This document shows, piece by piece, positions 40,757-53,085 of a DNA stretch of 64,000 nt. The notes under the pieces were generated by a model, which was given only the letters and a program-made list of their open reading frames with translations, made no database searches and was not told the origin of the DNA. Every line of letters starts with the position of its first letter. The stretch's first letter is position 1. Both the position numbers and the translations under genes were made by a program. Source of the stretch: Terriglobia bacterium (GTDB lineage Bacteria; Acidobacteriota; Terriglobia; Terriglobales; Acidobacteriaceae); assembly GCA_963743105.1 (NCBI GenBank), contig CAVUOS010000022.1, positions 67,044 to 131,043 of the forward strand. Direction: 5' to 3'.

Positions 40757-41575
40757 ATGGAATTCGTAGATAAGGCACTCGCTCGCCGTCTGGAATCGTG
40801 CGAGGAGATGCCGCAGGTGTTTTATGCGAGAATATTCAAGCAGACACGGCCCGAGATTGGGGCAGCGGAGGAAGAAATTTGCGGCGGCCACATGGTATTC
40901 GCCGGGCTCGGGTCACCGATCGGAAGGGCGACAGGCGCAGGCCTCGATCAGCCGCTCACGAAAGACGATGTGGATCGAATCGAGCAGTTCTATCGCGAAC
41001 GCAAGGCTCCATCGCAGGTCGATCTCACTCCCCTACATCGGCCTGAGGTCTTCGAAATGTTCAAGGAACGCGGGTACGCGATTGCGGAGTTGAACAATGT
41101 GCTGTATCGCAAGCTGGATCCGGAGGAGACGTTTCCATCTCCTCCGGCCCATTGCGAGATTCGTCGTTCATCCGTTGAAGAAGCCCAAGTCGCGGGGGCT
41201 ATCGTCGAGAGCGCGTTCTTCCCCGATGGCGCACCTGAGGCATTTGGCGGACTCATCACGCCGCTGTATCAGATGGAGGCTGCGCTGGCGTTCGTGGCGA
41301 CGATCGAGGGCAAGCCCGTAGCTTGCGGCACGGGCGTGGTGATTGCAGACCACAAGGTCTTCGCGCTAGGCGGGGCAGGCACGCTGGCCGATTACCGCGG
41401 ACGGGGCTTGCAGACCGCTCTGTTGCGCGCGCGCATGGCCGCTGCAGTCAAGGCGGGATGTGAATATGCCGTCGTCGTCACGCAAGGAGCAACCAGCTCG
41501 CAGCGTAATGCGGAGCGGCTGGGGTTCCGCGTGGCATACAGCAAGGTCACGGTCATTAAGCAGATGAACACGTAG
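40757..41575 (+). CDS. GNAT family N-acetyltransferase
   Basis: ATG at 40757 in ORF 40727..41575. The acetyl-CoA motif is ...TLADYRGRGLQTALLRARMAAAVKAGC...NAERLGFRV. The frame is intact. Confidence 0.75.
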   Translation: MEFVDKALARRLESCEEMPQVFYARIFKQTRPEIGAAEEEICGGHMVFAGLGSPIGRATGAGLDQPLTKDDVDRIEQFYRERKAPSQVDLTPLHRPEVFEMFKERGYAIAELNNVLYRKLDPEETFPSPPAHCEIRRSSVEEAQVAGAIVESAFFPDGAPEAFGGLITPLYQMEAALAFVATIEGKPVACGTGVVIADHKVFALGGAGTLADYRGRGLQTALLRARMAAAVKAGCEYAVVVTQGATSSQRNAERLGFRVAYSKVTVIKQMNT

Positions 41576-41631
41576 GAGGTGGACTCGGCATGGCGGCGCG
41601 CGGGCAAAATGCCCGCGCTGCCATCTGTTCT

Positions 41632-42085
41632 TTACGCGATGGCCTTCGCCGCAATGCCGTAGGATTTCTCCCACGCGTCGCGCGTTTCCTGTGTAGCGGG
41701 CCATTGGAAGCACAGTCCATATCCATCGGGGTCTTTGAACCACAACTGCTTCATCCCGTAAGGCGCAACTTTCGGCTCTTTCAGATCCACCCCGTTTGTC
41801 AGCAAGTGACGGTAAGCGGCATCGAGATCTTTGCACCCGAAAAACAGGCAGGTGTCCTCATGTGCCGCGATGCGCACCGGGTCGTGAACGGGCGGGCGTT
41901 GGTCTGCCTCATAGGCGGTGTTGAGCATCACCTCGGCGCCGTGCAATCCGAAGTCCACACCAGTTGCAATTGTCTCCGGGCTCAGAGGAGGCCCAAACGG
42001 TGAATCCCAGCACGTCGCGGTAGAAATGAATTGCCGTAGGCATGTCGAAGACTTGCAGCAGCGGGGCCACGCCGTGAATGTCCAT
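41632..42085 (-). CDS. VOC (glyoxalase/bleomycin-resistance) family protein (frame interrupted)
   Basis: The N-terminus MDIHGVAPLLQVFDMPTAIHFYRDVLGFTV is in the frame of ORF 41909..42115. The C-terminus ...HGAEVMLNTAYEADQRPP...CLFFGCKDLDAAYRHL...PYGMKQLWFKDPDGYGLCFQ is in ORF 41632..42126. Confidence 0.7.
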
Positions 42086-42218
42086 GGTCCTCTCCTGAGC
42101 GTTTTCGCAAAACAATGTAGCACCACAGCGTCAAAGGCGGGAATAGCCGGATTTGACTCTGCCCGCTGGCTCGGCTAGCCTCAAGAGTCTCTTCCAACAG
42201 GGCTATCCTCAACCTGGC

Positions 42219-43974
42219 ATGCGATCTCCGCACAAACTGCTGCTTCTCTGGCTGCTGACAATCCTGGCCCTGGCCTGTTGCGCCTCCGGGGCCACGCATC
42301 CCGGTACACGCCCAGCACGCGATGGTGGTGAGCGTGCACGATATTGGCATCGCAGGCGGGCGTTGAAATTATGCAGGCGGGAGGCAACGCGGTCGATGCC
42401 GCCGTGGCGACCGGATTTGCGCTCGCGGTGGTGCATCCGCCGGCGGGAAACATCGGCGGCGGCGGCTTCATGCTGATTCGCATGGCGGACGGCAAAACTC
42501 ACTTCCTCGATTTCCGCGAGAAGGCTCCGGCGGCGGCGACCGCCGATATGTATCTGGACGCCCAGGGCAACGTGATCGAAGCGCAGCATCGGCTACAAAG
42601 CGATCGGAGTGCCGGGATCGGTCGCCGGGATGGTCACGCCGAAAGAAATTATGGCAAGCTCACGCTGAAGCAGGTAATGGCGCCCGCGATCAAGCTCGCG
42701 CGAGACGGATTCTCGTTGGCATGGAAGAGGCCGGGATCTGCACGATTAGTACCTGGCGAAATTCCCGGAATCGCGGCGCATCTTCCAGCGCAATGGCGAC
42801 TACTACAAGCCGGGAGGGATTTTCCGCCAGCCCGACCTGGCGCGCACCCTGGAGCGAATCTCGAAGAACCCTGACGACTTCTATCACGGCGCCCTGGCGC
42901 GGGAACTGGCGGCAGCCATGCAAAAGGGCGGCGGGCTGATTACCGTCGAAGACTTGGCCCACTATGAGGTGAAAGAGCGCGAGCCGGTCCGCGGGACGTA
43001 TCGCGGGTATGACATCATCAGCGCGCCTCCCCTTCTTCCGGCGGGACCGTGCTGGTCGAATCCTGAATATTCTGGAAGGCTACGATCTGGCCAAGATGGA
43101 GAACCGGTCGGCGCAGTCGATCCACTTGACGGTCGAGGCGTTCCGGCGGGCATTCTTTGATCGGGCGGAGTTTCTGGGCGATCCGGATTTCGCCAAGATT
43201 CCCGTAGCGCAGCTTCTCGACAAGAGATACGCCGCGGCCTGGCGAGAGATCGATTGATCCCGGGCCATGCCAGCGTCGAGCAAGGAGCTTGAAGCGCCCG
43301 GCGATTTTCAGTGAGCTGGAGCGGTATGCGCAGGCGCACCCGCCGGCGGTTGCGCGGCGCGAGTCGAACCACACGACACATTATTCGGTAGTCGATGCCG
43401 AAGGCAATGCGGTCGCGGTGACAACCACGATGAACGACTGGTTCGGATCGCGCGTGACCGCCGATGGCCTGGGATTCCTGCTGAACGATGAAATGGATGA
43501 CTTTGCCTCAAAGCCGGGAGTTCCCAATTCCACGGGTTGATCCAGGGGCCGGCCAATGCAATCGGGCCGGGCAAACGGCCGTTTGTCCTCGATGACGCCG
43601 ACGATCGTCGTGCACAATGGAAAGACGTTGATGGTGTTGGGCTCGCCGGGAGGTTCGAAGATCATCACGACTGTCGCGAACGTACTGATGGGAGTGGTGG
43701 ACTTCGGGATGAATATGCAGGAGGCGGTGAATGCGCCTCGATTTCACAACCAGTGGTTGCCCGATGTCGTGAATGTGGAGAAGTGGTTCTCCCCCGATAC
43801 ATTGAACATGCTGGGCAAAATGGGATACAAGGTTCAAATCGGGTTGCATGATGATGAACAGAATGTCTCGCCGTACTGGAGCGATGCCGAGTGCATTGCG
43901 GTTGATCAGAAGACCGGTGAGCGGCTCGGCGCAACCGATGGTCGCAACAGACGTGGAAGGCCGTAGGATACTAA
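42219..43974 (+). CDS. ggt: gamma-glutamyltransferase (frame interrupted many times)
   Basis: Signal peptide MRSPHKLLLLWLLTILALA. Fragments lie in all three frames: ASQAGVEIMQAGGNAVDAAVATGFALAVVHPPAGNIGGGGFML, HYEVKEREPVRGTYRGYDIISAPP, TTHYSVVDAEGNAVAVTTTMNDWFGS, LGSPGGSKIITTVANVLM, APRFHNQWLPD. The restored end is ...KAVGY with TAA at 43972-43974. Confidence 0.8.
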
Positions 43975-43990
43975 GTAACGATTGAAGACT

Positions 43991-44074
43991 GACGATTTCA
44001 GATTGCAGATTGAAAACCCGCTGATACCGCCGGGCTATTCAAAAATCTGAAATCTGAAATCATCAATCTGCAAT
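43991..44074. repeat. imperfect palindrome built from TTTCAGATT/AATCTGAAA words
   Basis: GACGATTTCAGATTGCAGATTGA (43991-44013) pairs with TCAAAAATCTGAAATCTGAAATCATCAATCTGCAAT (44039-44074). It lies in the ggt to isomerase spacer. Confidence 0.6.
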
Positions 44075-44087
44075 ACCATTACGGCCT

Positions 44088-44910
44088 ATGCAGAGAGCAG
44101 TCTCGACCTATCTATTCGTAAAAGAGCGGCTGCATCCCGGCATGCTGGACGGGCTGGCTCGCGGCGGTGCGCAGGCGATCGAGATTTTTGCGGCGCGGCA
44201 GCATCTCGACTATGCCAACCGCAAGCAGCACGTGCGGGAAATCGCGGACTGGTTTCGAGCAAGCGGGGTTCCGCTGAATTCGGTCCACTCTCCGCTCTAT
44301 GCCGATTACGAATGGGGACGCGCCGGTGCTCCTCCCGTCAACGTCGCGTCCACCGACCGCGCCGGCCGCGTCGAGGCCATGGATGAGATCAAGCGCGCGC
44401 TCGAAATCGCCGAACAGATTCCTTTCCGTTTTCTGGTGCAGCACATGGGCACGCGCGAACGAAGACTTCGACGAACAGAAGTTCGAAGCGGCCATGACTT
44501 CGGTCGAGCATCTGCGCGCCTTCGCCAAGCCGCTGGGTGTGACGGATCCTGCTGGAGAACATTCCCAACGAACTTTCCACTCCCGAAAAGCTGGTGGAAT
44601 TGATTCACGACTGCGCACTTCGATGATGTCGGCGTGTGCTTCGACTTCGGCCATGCGCACATGATGAGCGCCGTGCGCGAAGGCTTCGAGACGTGAGAAT
44701 CACATTTGTTCGACCCATGTCCACGACAACGACAAGGATCGGGATTCGCATCTGTGGCCCGGGCAGGGAACGATCGACTGGAAGGAAGCATGGAGTTGCT
44801 GCGCTCAGCCCCACATACGCCGCCGTTGCTGTTGGAGATTGAAGGGGACGAGAAGGTAAACCCGCTGCGAGAAGATGGGCGAAACGTTCGAGAAGCTGGA
44901 AGAAAACTGA
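44088..44910 (+). CDS. sugar phosphate isomerase/epimerase (xylose isomerase-like TIM barrel) family protein (frame interrupted several times)
   Basis: MQRAVSTYLFVKERL...AQAIEIFAARQHLDY...FRFLVQHMG, then LLENIPNE, VGVCFDFGHAHM, HVHDN...D.HLWPGQGTIDW and PPLLLEIEGD spread over three frames. The restored stop TGA is at 44908-44910. Confidence 0.65.
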
Positions 44911-45012
44911 GCGTTTCAAAGTTTCAACGGTTCGAAGTATTCAAAGTCATTGCGATCGGCATGGCCTTCTTGTCTTTGACCTTGACAATTCTGAAACTGA
45001 AATTTTGATCCT

Positions 45013-46340
45013 ATGTCTCACCTGTTACCACTATCTCGGAAATCGGCAAGCACGACGGCCAGACCGTCACCATTCGCGGCTGGCTTTACAACCTGCGCGA
45101 AAGCGGGAAACTCCTGTTTCCGCAATTTCGCGACGGCTCCGGCGTCATTCAGGGCGTCGTCCCCAAGAATGCCGTCTCTCCGGAAGTGTTCGATGCGGTC
45201 AAAGGCCTCACGCAGGAGTCGAGCGTGATTGTCGAGGGCAAGGTCCGTGCCGACAAGCGCGCGCCCGGCGGCTACGAACTCGACGTCGCCAACGTTCAGG
45301 TCGTGCAGCGGGTCTCCGAGAACGATCCGTATCCCGATCACGCCCAAGGAACACGGCGTCGATTTCCTGATGGAGCACCGCCACCTGTGGGTGCGTTCCC
45401 AGCGCCAGGCAGCAATCCTGCGCGTGCGGGCGGAGATCATCAAGGCTGCCCGCGACTTCTTCGACGAACGCGGATTCACGCTGACCGATCCGCCGATTAT
45501 TACTCCGGCAGCTTGCGAAGGCACGACCACGTTGTTCCCGGTCGATTATTTCGATGAGCAGGCGTATCTGACGCAGTCCGGCCAGCTCTACATCGAAGCA
45601 CGGCGATGGCGCTGGGCAAGGTGTATTCGTTCGGCCCAACCTTTCGCGCGGAGAAGTCAAAGACCCGCCGCCATCTGACCGAATTCTGGATGGTCGAGCC
45701 GGAAGTGGCCTACGCACACGCTCGACGACATCATGGAAATGGCCGAGGGACTCATCAGCTTCCTCGTGAAGCGATGCCTGGAGCAGCGGCGCGCCGACCT
45801 GCAGACGATTGGTCGCGATATCTCCAAACTGGAGAAGATCGAAGCCCCCGTTTCCGCGCATCACGCTACGACGAAGCGGTGAAGATGCTGCAGGAAGGCC
45901 ACGCCAAGGGTGCGCTCGAAAACAAAGTTCGAGTGGGGCGGCGATCTCGGCTCGCCGGATGAAACCTATCTTCATCGCAGTTCGACAAGCCGGTGATGGT
46001 GCATCGCTATCCCGCGAAGGTGAAGGCGTTCTACATGGAGCCTGATCCGCAGCGGCCGGAACTCGCATTGTGCGTCGACGTGCTGGCGCCCGAGGGATAC
46101 GGCGAGATCATCGGCGGCTCGCAGCGTATGGCCTCGCACGAATTGCTGTTGCAGCGCATTCACGAACATGGCCTGCCGGAAGAGGCGTTCAAGTGGTATC
46201 TCGACCTGCGTAAGTTCGGCAGCGTGCCCCACGGAGGGTTTGGCATGGGAATCGAGCGCGCCGTGGCCTGGATCTGTGGGCTGGAGCACGTGCGCGAAAC
46301 GATTCCGTTCCCCCGAATGCTGCATCGGCTGTATCCGTAG
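45013..46340 (+). CDS. asnS: asparagine--tRNA ligase (frame interrupted at least six times)
   Basis: The stitched translation reads [93 protein letters not shown] and [14 protein letters not shown]...[33 protein letters not shown]. These are class IIb motifs, and FRAE.S.T.RHL.EFWM is AsnRS-like. Confidence 0.85.
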
Positions 46341-46394
46341 CTGTTGGCGATCATCATGCTCGAAGAAAGATAGCGGTTGACTCGGGAGGACTCC

Positions 46395-47243
46395 ATGAAG
46401 AGTTTCCTGTTGGCTCAATTGTTCTTGCTTGCCACTGTACCTGTTCTTGGTCAGCGTCCGGAACATACGCCTGACGTCCCAGTTGAGAAGTGGACTGGGA
46501 AAACAATCATGCTGATCGGCGCCCATGCCGATGACGACGCGCTGTCACACGGTACCCTGGCCCTGCTTCAGGCGCACGGAAATCAAGTCTATGTTGTGAC
46601 GCTTACGACAGGGAATGTGGGAACCCAGGACCCGAACTTGTCGCGAATGCAGTTGGCCCAGATTCGTCGCGCGGAGGAACTGGCAGCCCTGGCGGAACTA
46701 GGCATTCCGGGAGAGCACTACATAAACCTGGGGTACGATGATGGGCTCCTCGAATTTGAAGATCGCAAGGCGGTGGTCGAAAATCTAGTGCGCTGGATTC
46801 GCCAGCTGCACCCCAATGTGTTGATGGCGTGGGATCCGGGTAAAAACTACCAGCGATGGCACAAGTCCGATCATCGCGCGGCAGCCTATCTGGCCGCCGA
46901 TGCAGCCCGCGCCGCAATGTGGCGCCTCCTCTTCGAAGGCCAGATCACGCAAGAGGGGCTGAAAGAGTACATGGTTCCCGAATATCTTTTCTACAACGAC
47001 TACGATCACGACGATGAGAACACCTGGGTCGACATCAGTGACTTCGCCGAGAAGAAGGTAAACGCCTTCGCCAAATACGTCAGCCAATATGGACCCGGCT
47101 GGAAGAACTACAAGGCGAGTCTGGCGGAGGCAGAGGTCAAGCAGTTGAAAGACGATGCGCGCAGCCAGGTCAGAATGAAAGAGGGGAAACCGGTGGAAGG
47201 TTTCCGGTACTACAAGGGTTTCCCGGATGGCTTGGGTAAATAG
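46395..47243 (+). CDS. PIG-L (LmbE-like) family deacetylase, secreted
   Basis: ATG at 46395, preceded by GGGAGGA. It has a signal peptide and [21 protein letters not shown], the AHPDDE-type motif. The frame is intact. Confidence 0.75.
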   Translation: MKSFLLAQLFLLATVPVLGQRPEHTPDVPVEKWTGKTIMLIGAHADDDALSHGTLALLQAHGNQVYVVTLTTGNVGTQDPNLSRMQLAQIRRAEELAALAELGIPGEHYINLGYDDGLLEFEDRKAVVENLVRWIRQLHPNVLMAWDPGKNYQRWHKSDHRAAAYLAADAARAAMWRLLFEGQITQEGLKEYMVPEYLFYNDYDHDDENTWVDISDFAEKKVNAFAKYVSQYGPGWKNYKASLAEAEVKQLKDDARSQVRMKEGKPVEGFRYYKGFPDGLGK

Positions 47244-47251
47244 CCAGACCT

Positions 47252-48197
47252 ATGATGATGACGACTGCGACCTCCACGAATATCACAGCGAAGAAAATAC
47301 GCGTCATTGGCGTTCCCCTCGACCTCGGGCAATCGCGCCGCGGTGTCGATATGGGTCCTTCTGCCGTCCGCGTAGCCGGCCTCGAGGCTCGGCTTGAAGC
47401 TCTCGGCCATGAAGTCGAAGATGGTGGCAACGTGCCGGTCGCGATTCCCGAGCAGAAAAAAGAAGGCGATCCGCAAACGCAAAGTATCTGAAGGAAATCA
47501 CGGCAACCTGTACCAAGCATGCCGAGCTTGTGTTGAAGACGCTGGAGGCCGGAAAGGTTCCCTTGGCGCTGGGCGGCGACCACTCCATGGCTGCCGGCAC
47601 CGTCTCGGGTGTGGCCGAGTTTTATCGTAGGCAGCACCAGCACATCGGCCTGATCTGGATCGATGCGCACACCGACATCAACACGCCCGAGACCTCGCCC
47701 AGCGGCAACGTGCATGGCATGCCGCTGGCGGCGCTCATGGGGCTCGGTCTGCGGGATCTGGCGAACATTTCGACTTCTCTCCGAAGGTGAAGCCGGAGAA
47801 TTGTGTGCTGGTCGGCGTCCGCGACATTGATGCCGTCGAAAAGGAGAACATCCGCAAAGCCGGCATCGGCGTCTTCACCATGCGCGACATCGACGAGCGC
47901 GGCATGCGCACCGTGATGGAAGAGGCCCTGCGCATGGCGGGACGCGGCACCGCCGGCTATCACATCTCACTCGACATGGATTGGGTCGATCCCGAGGACG
48001 CGCCCGGCGTGGGCACGCCGGTGCGCGGCGGCGCGACCTATCGCGAGGCTCACCTGGCGATGGAGATCATCGCCGATCACGGCCGCATGCTGAGCTTCGA
48101 AATCGTCGAAGTGAATCCGGTGATCGACGAGCACAACCAGACCGCAGACCTGGCGGTCGAACTGGCGTTGTCAGCATTCGGGAAAAAGATTCTGTAG
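47252..48197 (+). CDS. rocF: arginase (ureohydrolase family; frame interrupted twice)
   Basis: ORFs 47252..47491, 47530..47790 and 47787..48197. Motifs: [63 protein letters not shown] and SFEIVEVNP. Confidence 0.85.
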
Positions 48198-48211
48198 AGA
48201 ATTTCCCTGTA

Positions 48212-48268
48212 ATCCTCTGTGTACCCTGTGGTGGGTTCAATCTTTAACCACAGAGGACACAGAATCCC
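48212..48268. repeat. CTCTGTG/CACAGAG-type palindromic element
   Basis: CCTCTGTGTACCCTGTGGT ... ACCACAGAGGACACAGAAT forms imperfect hairpin arms in the arginase to ddl spacer. Confidence 0.6.
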
Positions 48269-48325
48269 AGAGGAATCTGCCCTGCGATTGACGCGCGACG
48301 GCCTCCCCGTCCACACTGAATAGCC

Positions 48326-49517
<1,192 letters not shown>

Positions 49518-49527
49518 ACAAAATTAA

Positions 49528-49604
49528 ACCGCAAAGGACACCAAGGACACGAAGGAAAAATGAACGGAAATATCTTCCTCCGCGTCCTCCGTGTCCTCTG
49601 CGGT
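49528..49604. terminator. long hairpin between convergent genes (GAGGACAC-word palindrome; probable bidirectional terminator)
   Basis: ACCGCAAAGGACACCAAGGACACGAAGGAA (49528-49557) pairs with TTCCTCCGCGTCCTCCGTGTCCTCTGCGGT (49575-49604). The mismatches become G-U pairs in the minus-strand RNA. Confidence 0.55.
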
Positions 49605-49607
49605 ATT

Positions 49608-51220
49608 TCATTTTCCGGCCACACACACAAAACTGGCAGCGTCATTCGTATCTCCGCTGCCTTTGTACTTCGCGGCCTGCGGATACGGGCACAGAGGCCG
49701 CGTCATCTTGGCGTGTGTGCGGTCCTGCCCTTCGAACTTCGACGCGATGATCGTAGTCGGCGCCGTGCCTTTCTCCACCCATTGCTCCAAAGAGGCGTCC
49801 ATGCTGTGCTGTGGGTCATCGAACTTCAAATCACCAACAGCTCCGAACGAGTCCGGCCCGGGACCGCCGCCGCAGTGCTGCACGCCTGGCGCCATGTAAA
49901 GGCGCACAAACGAATCCACATCCTTCTGCCCCATCTTCTTGATCACGCTCGTCGTAGTAATTGACCGTGTTGAGCGCCGTGATCGCCGGGTCGTTCCAGC
50001 CGTGATACAGAATCAACTTTCCCCCGCGCGCTTTAAATGGCTTCAGATCCGAATCGGTAGCATTCAAAGCCTGCGCGGTTTTCTCGCTGGCAGCTTTCAA
50101 GTCCGAATCAACTTTGAACGTTTTGTAGTCCCAGTCGGGCTTCTCGTAAACGAAACCGGAGAAAAATCCATTGCCGAAAAATGCCATGAGACTCTTCGCC
50201 GGTGCCGGGCCAGTGATCCACAGTCCCCAGCCGCCTTGGCCCTCCTCGGCTCCGGGCAGATATCCGGGATAGACGACGTGTCCCTTGGAATCCAGCGTTC
50301 CCTCATAAAGTTTCTTCAGCGCCGTGACCTGTGCCGCGGTCAGGCATTTGTCGGAATCTTCTGCCTTGCACTGGATGGTTGTGGGATCGAAGTGACACTG
50401 CCGCGGATCATTCAGAATTCCATCACGCACGCCGTCCATTTCGTCGCACGCGGCGTTTACGGCCGCCGCAATCGTGGGAATCTTCGCCGGTGGAATGAAG
50501 CTCGCCGGATCCAACGTCAAAGCTTGTGTGTCGTAAGCGGCAGTCGCGAGCAGCGGAGTCCAGTTGTTCGCCGGAGCGCCGGCCAGGATTCCGTCATAGT
50601 CCTCGGGATATCGCTGTGCTTCCATCAGCGCCTCACGCCCGCCATCAGAACATCCCGCGAAGTACGACCGCTGCGGAGCGCTTCGAGTAGTAAGCCTCGA
50701 TAAGGGCCTTGGCGACGCGGGTCATTTCATGAATTCCGCGATGGCCGAAGTCAACCACCTTCTCCGGATGCCCGATCGCCCATGCCGCATCGATCGGCGA
50801 TCCCGTATGTCCCGCGTCGGTCGCCGTCGCGGCATATCCCGCTTTCACCGCCATGGCGAGTTGCATAGCGTCGATGAGTCCCGCGAATCCGCCGTTGCCA
50901 ATCCCTTGCAGCTTGCCGTTCCAGCCGGAGGCCGGGAGCCAGACTTCGAGCTTGATATCGGAGTCTGAGGTTGGCTTCGCCTCAGCGACCACGCGGCAGA
51001 AAGCTGGAAGGCTCTTATAAAGAGACGAGAGATCGACACCGCTGAACGGCGCGGGAGGACCGTTAAAAGTGCCCGCCGCAACCGTCTGCGCGACGGAGAT
51101 TGTCGTGTTGGGTATCTTGGCCGCGGCGAGACGTTCGCAGGCGTCCTGCGCCAATGACGCGACTCCCGAGAAAAGCACAACGCAGGCGACGGCCCATTTA
51201 CAGCAATAAGTGCCTCTCAT
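49608..51220 (-). CDS. tannase/feruloyl esterase family alpha/beta hydrolase, secreted (frame interrupted at least twice)
   Basis: ORFs 50645..51220, 49831..50625 and 49608..49946. Signal peptide, then WNGKLQGIGNGGFAG, (G)CSDGGREALMEAQRYPEDYDGILAGAPA, GGKLILYHGWNDP and the C-terminal RPLCPYPQAAKYKGSGDTNDAASFVC. Confidence 0.8.
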
Positions 51221-51240
51221 GAATGCCTCCTGGTTCTCAG

Positions 51241-52912
51241 CTACTGTGGCCCGGCCTTTTCCATGAATGCCGCCTGATCTGCCTTCATCTTCTTCAGGCC
51301 CTCAATCGGCAGATACACCATATGCCCCGCATCATAAGTCGCAAACGAAATGTTGTCGCGATATTTCTGCGGCAGGTTGAGATGATCGACGGTGTAGTTC
51401 GCCGCATAATACGGCGTGGCCAGATCGTAATAACCTTCCATCACCAGAATCTTCAGATACGGATTCTTCACGATCGCCTGCCGCATCGCCGAAGCCGTGT
51501 CGGGAAATCCCTGCGATCGCCGATCCCCAATCCCACTTATCACCGCCCGGCCCGCCTCTCGGCGCGCGCACGTTGTACGGCATGTCGACTTTGTATCCCA
51601 GTTCGGTGCGGAGATAGTTGTTGAACACCGAAGTGAAGGGTGGCTGTGTTGCCGAGCCTGTCGGATCGTAGAAGGGAGTGTCAAGCAGGCCATTCGGGAT
51701 CGGCCCGGTATAGCGCCCGTCCAGCCGTCCCACCCGCAGCTTCTGATCGATCAGCAGATAGTGCGTGAACTTCTGCACATTGATGCGCAGATTCGCCTCG
51801 TCGATTACTTCCTTGCTCAATCCGGTGAAGCGCGCGAGTTGATCGATGATGTTCTGTCGCTCCTGCGGAGTGAGCGCGTCTCCTTTGTCGAGCGCGCGCT
51901 CGTAATCAGTGGAGGCCCACTGCTCGGCCTGTTGACGCGCCCGATTCATGTCTTGTGCAAGATCGGCGGCAGCTTGTGATGATAGCCCGCGATCATGGTG
52001 AACGACGGAATCAGAAAAGATGTAAGGCTGATCGTTGGTCAAATTGTCTTCCAGCGTCTCGAAATTCAGCACCGTCGAGAGCAGCGTGATGCCGTTGAAC
52101 GAGATGCCGCGGTCGGCGAGATATCCGGCAATTCCTGCAGCGCGAGTAGTGCCATAGCTTTCTCCCAGAATGAACAACGGCGACGACCAGCGCTCGTTGC
52201 GGCTGATGTACAGCCGTATGAATTCGCTGAACGATTCGATGTCGCCTTTCACACCCCAGAATTTCTTGAACATCTCCTGATCAGCCGCACGGCTGAATCC
52301 GGTACCGATCGCATCGATCAGCACCAGATCGCTTTTGTCCAGCAGGGTATAAGGATTGTCCTCGATGTGATAGGGCGCCGGAGGCATAAATCCATCGGGC
52401 TTCAGCACGACTTTGCGCGGACCAAGCGCACCCATGTGCAGCCAGATCGACGCCGATCCCGGCCCGCCATTGAACGCGAACGTCAGCGGACGCTTCGCCG
52501 CATCCTGTCCATCCAGCGTGTACGCGACGTAAAACATCTCCGCTTCAATCTTGCCGTCGCCGCGCTTGATCGGCAGCCGTCCTGCCGTTGCCGTGTACTT
52601 CAGCGGTTTCCCATCAACGGTGATCTGGTGATGCGTCACCACCGGCGGCACTTCGGTCATGTCGTAGCGCTCTTCTTTGTCCTTCTTTCTTTGTCCGCCG
52701 GGGCTTCGCGGATCGCCGGCTTCTGCTCCGGAGGCGTCTCCGGCTTTGGCATGGTTTCGGCAGGTTTCTCCGCGGGCGGTGTTGCCGTTTGTCTTCGCGG
52801 GGCGGCAGGTTTCGTACGACTCGGGTTGTTGGGCGAAAGAGAAATTGCAGATCAGACAGACTGAAATCATCAATACGGAAGCGGACGTCCCCAGAAGTGC
52901 CTTCATTCTCAT
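51241..52912 (-). CDS. S10-family serine carboxypeptidase-like peptidase, secreted (frame interrupted several times)
   Basis: ORFs 51332..52912 and 51241..51693. Motifs: [40 protein letters not shown] (the Ser nucleophile) and the C-terminal [14 protein letters not shown]...[10 protein letters not shown]. Confidence 0.8.
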
Positions 52913-53085
52913 TCCTCGCGAGCGATTCGGTTATGCCCCCAGAGATCGAGACTCTCTCCCGAGTGCGAAAAATTGTACACCTTGCAGGGAAACGACGAAC
53001 ATCCGTTTGAGGTGTCCGAAGCGAAACCGGGCAGCGATACCATGCTCCCGTTACTCATCAATCTTATCGGTAAGAAAGGAAGAAT

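Noticed and set aside
44915-44935. tRNA-like T-arm strings (GGTTCGAA at about 44920, GTTCGAATTCGAAC at 58064-58077, GGGTTCAATC at about 48235).
   Set aside because: No acceptor, D or anticodon arms can be drawn around them. They are parts of word-repeat palindromes or a simple EcoRI-centred palindrome.
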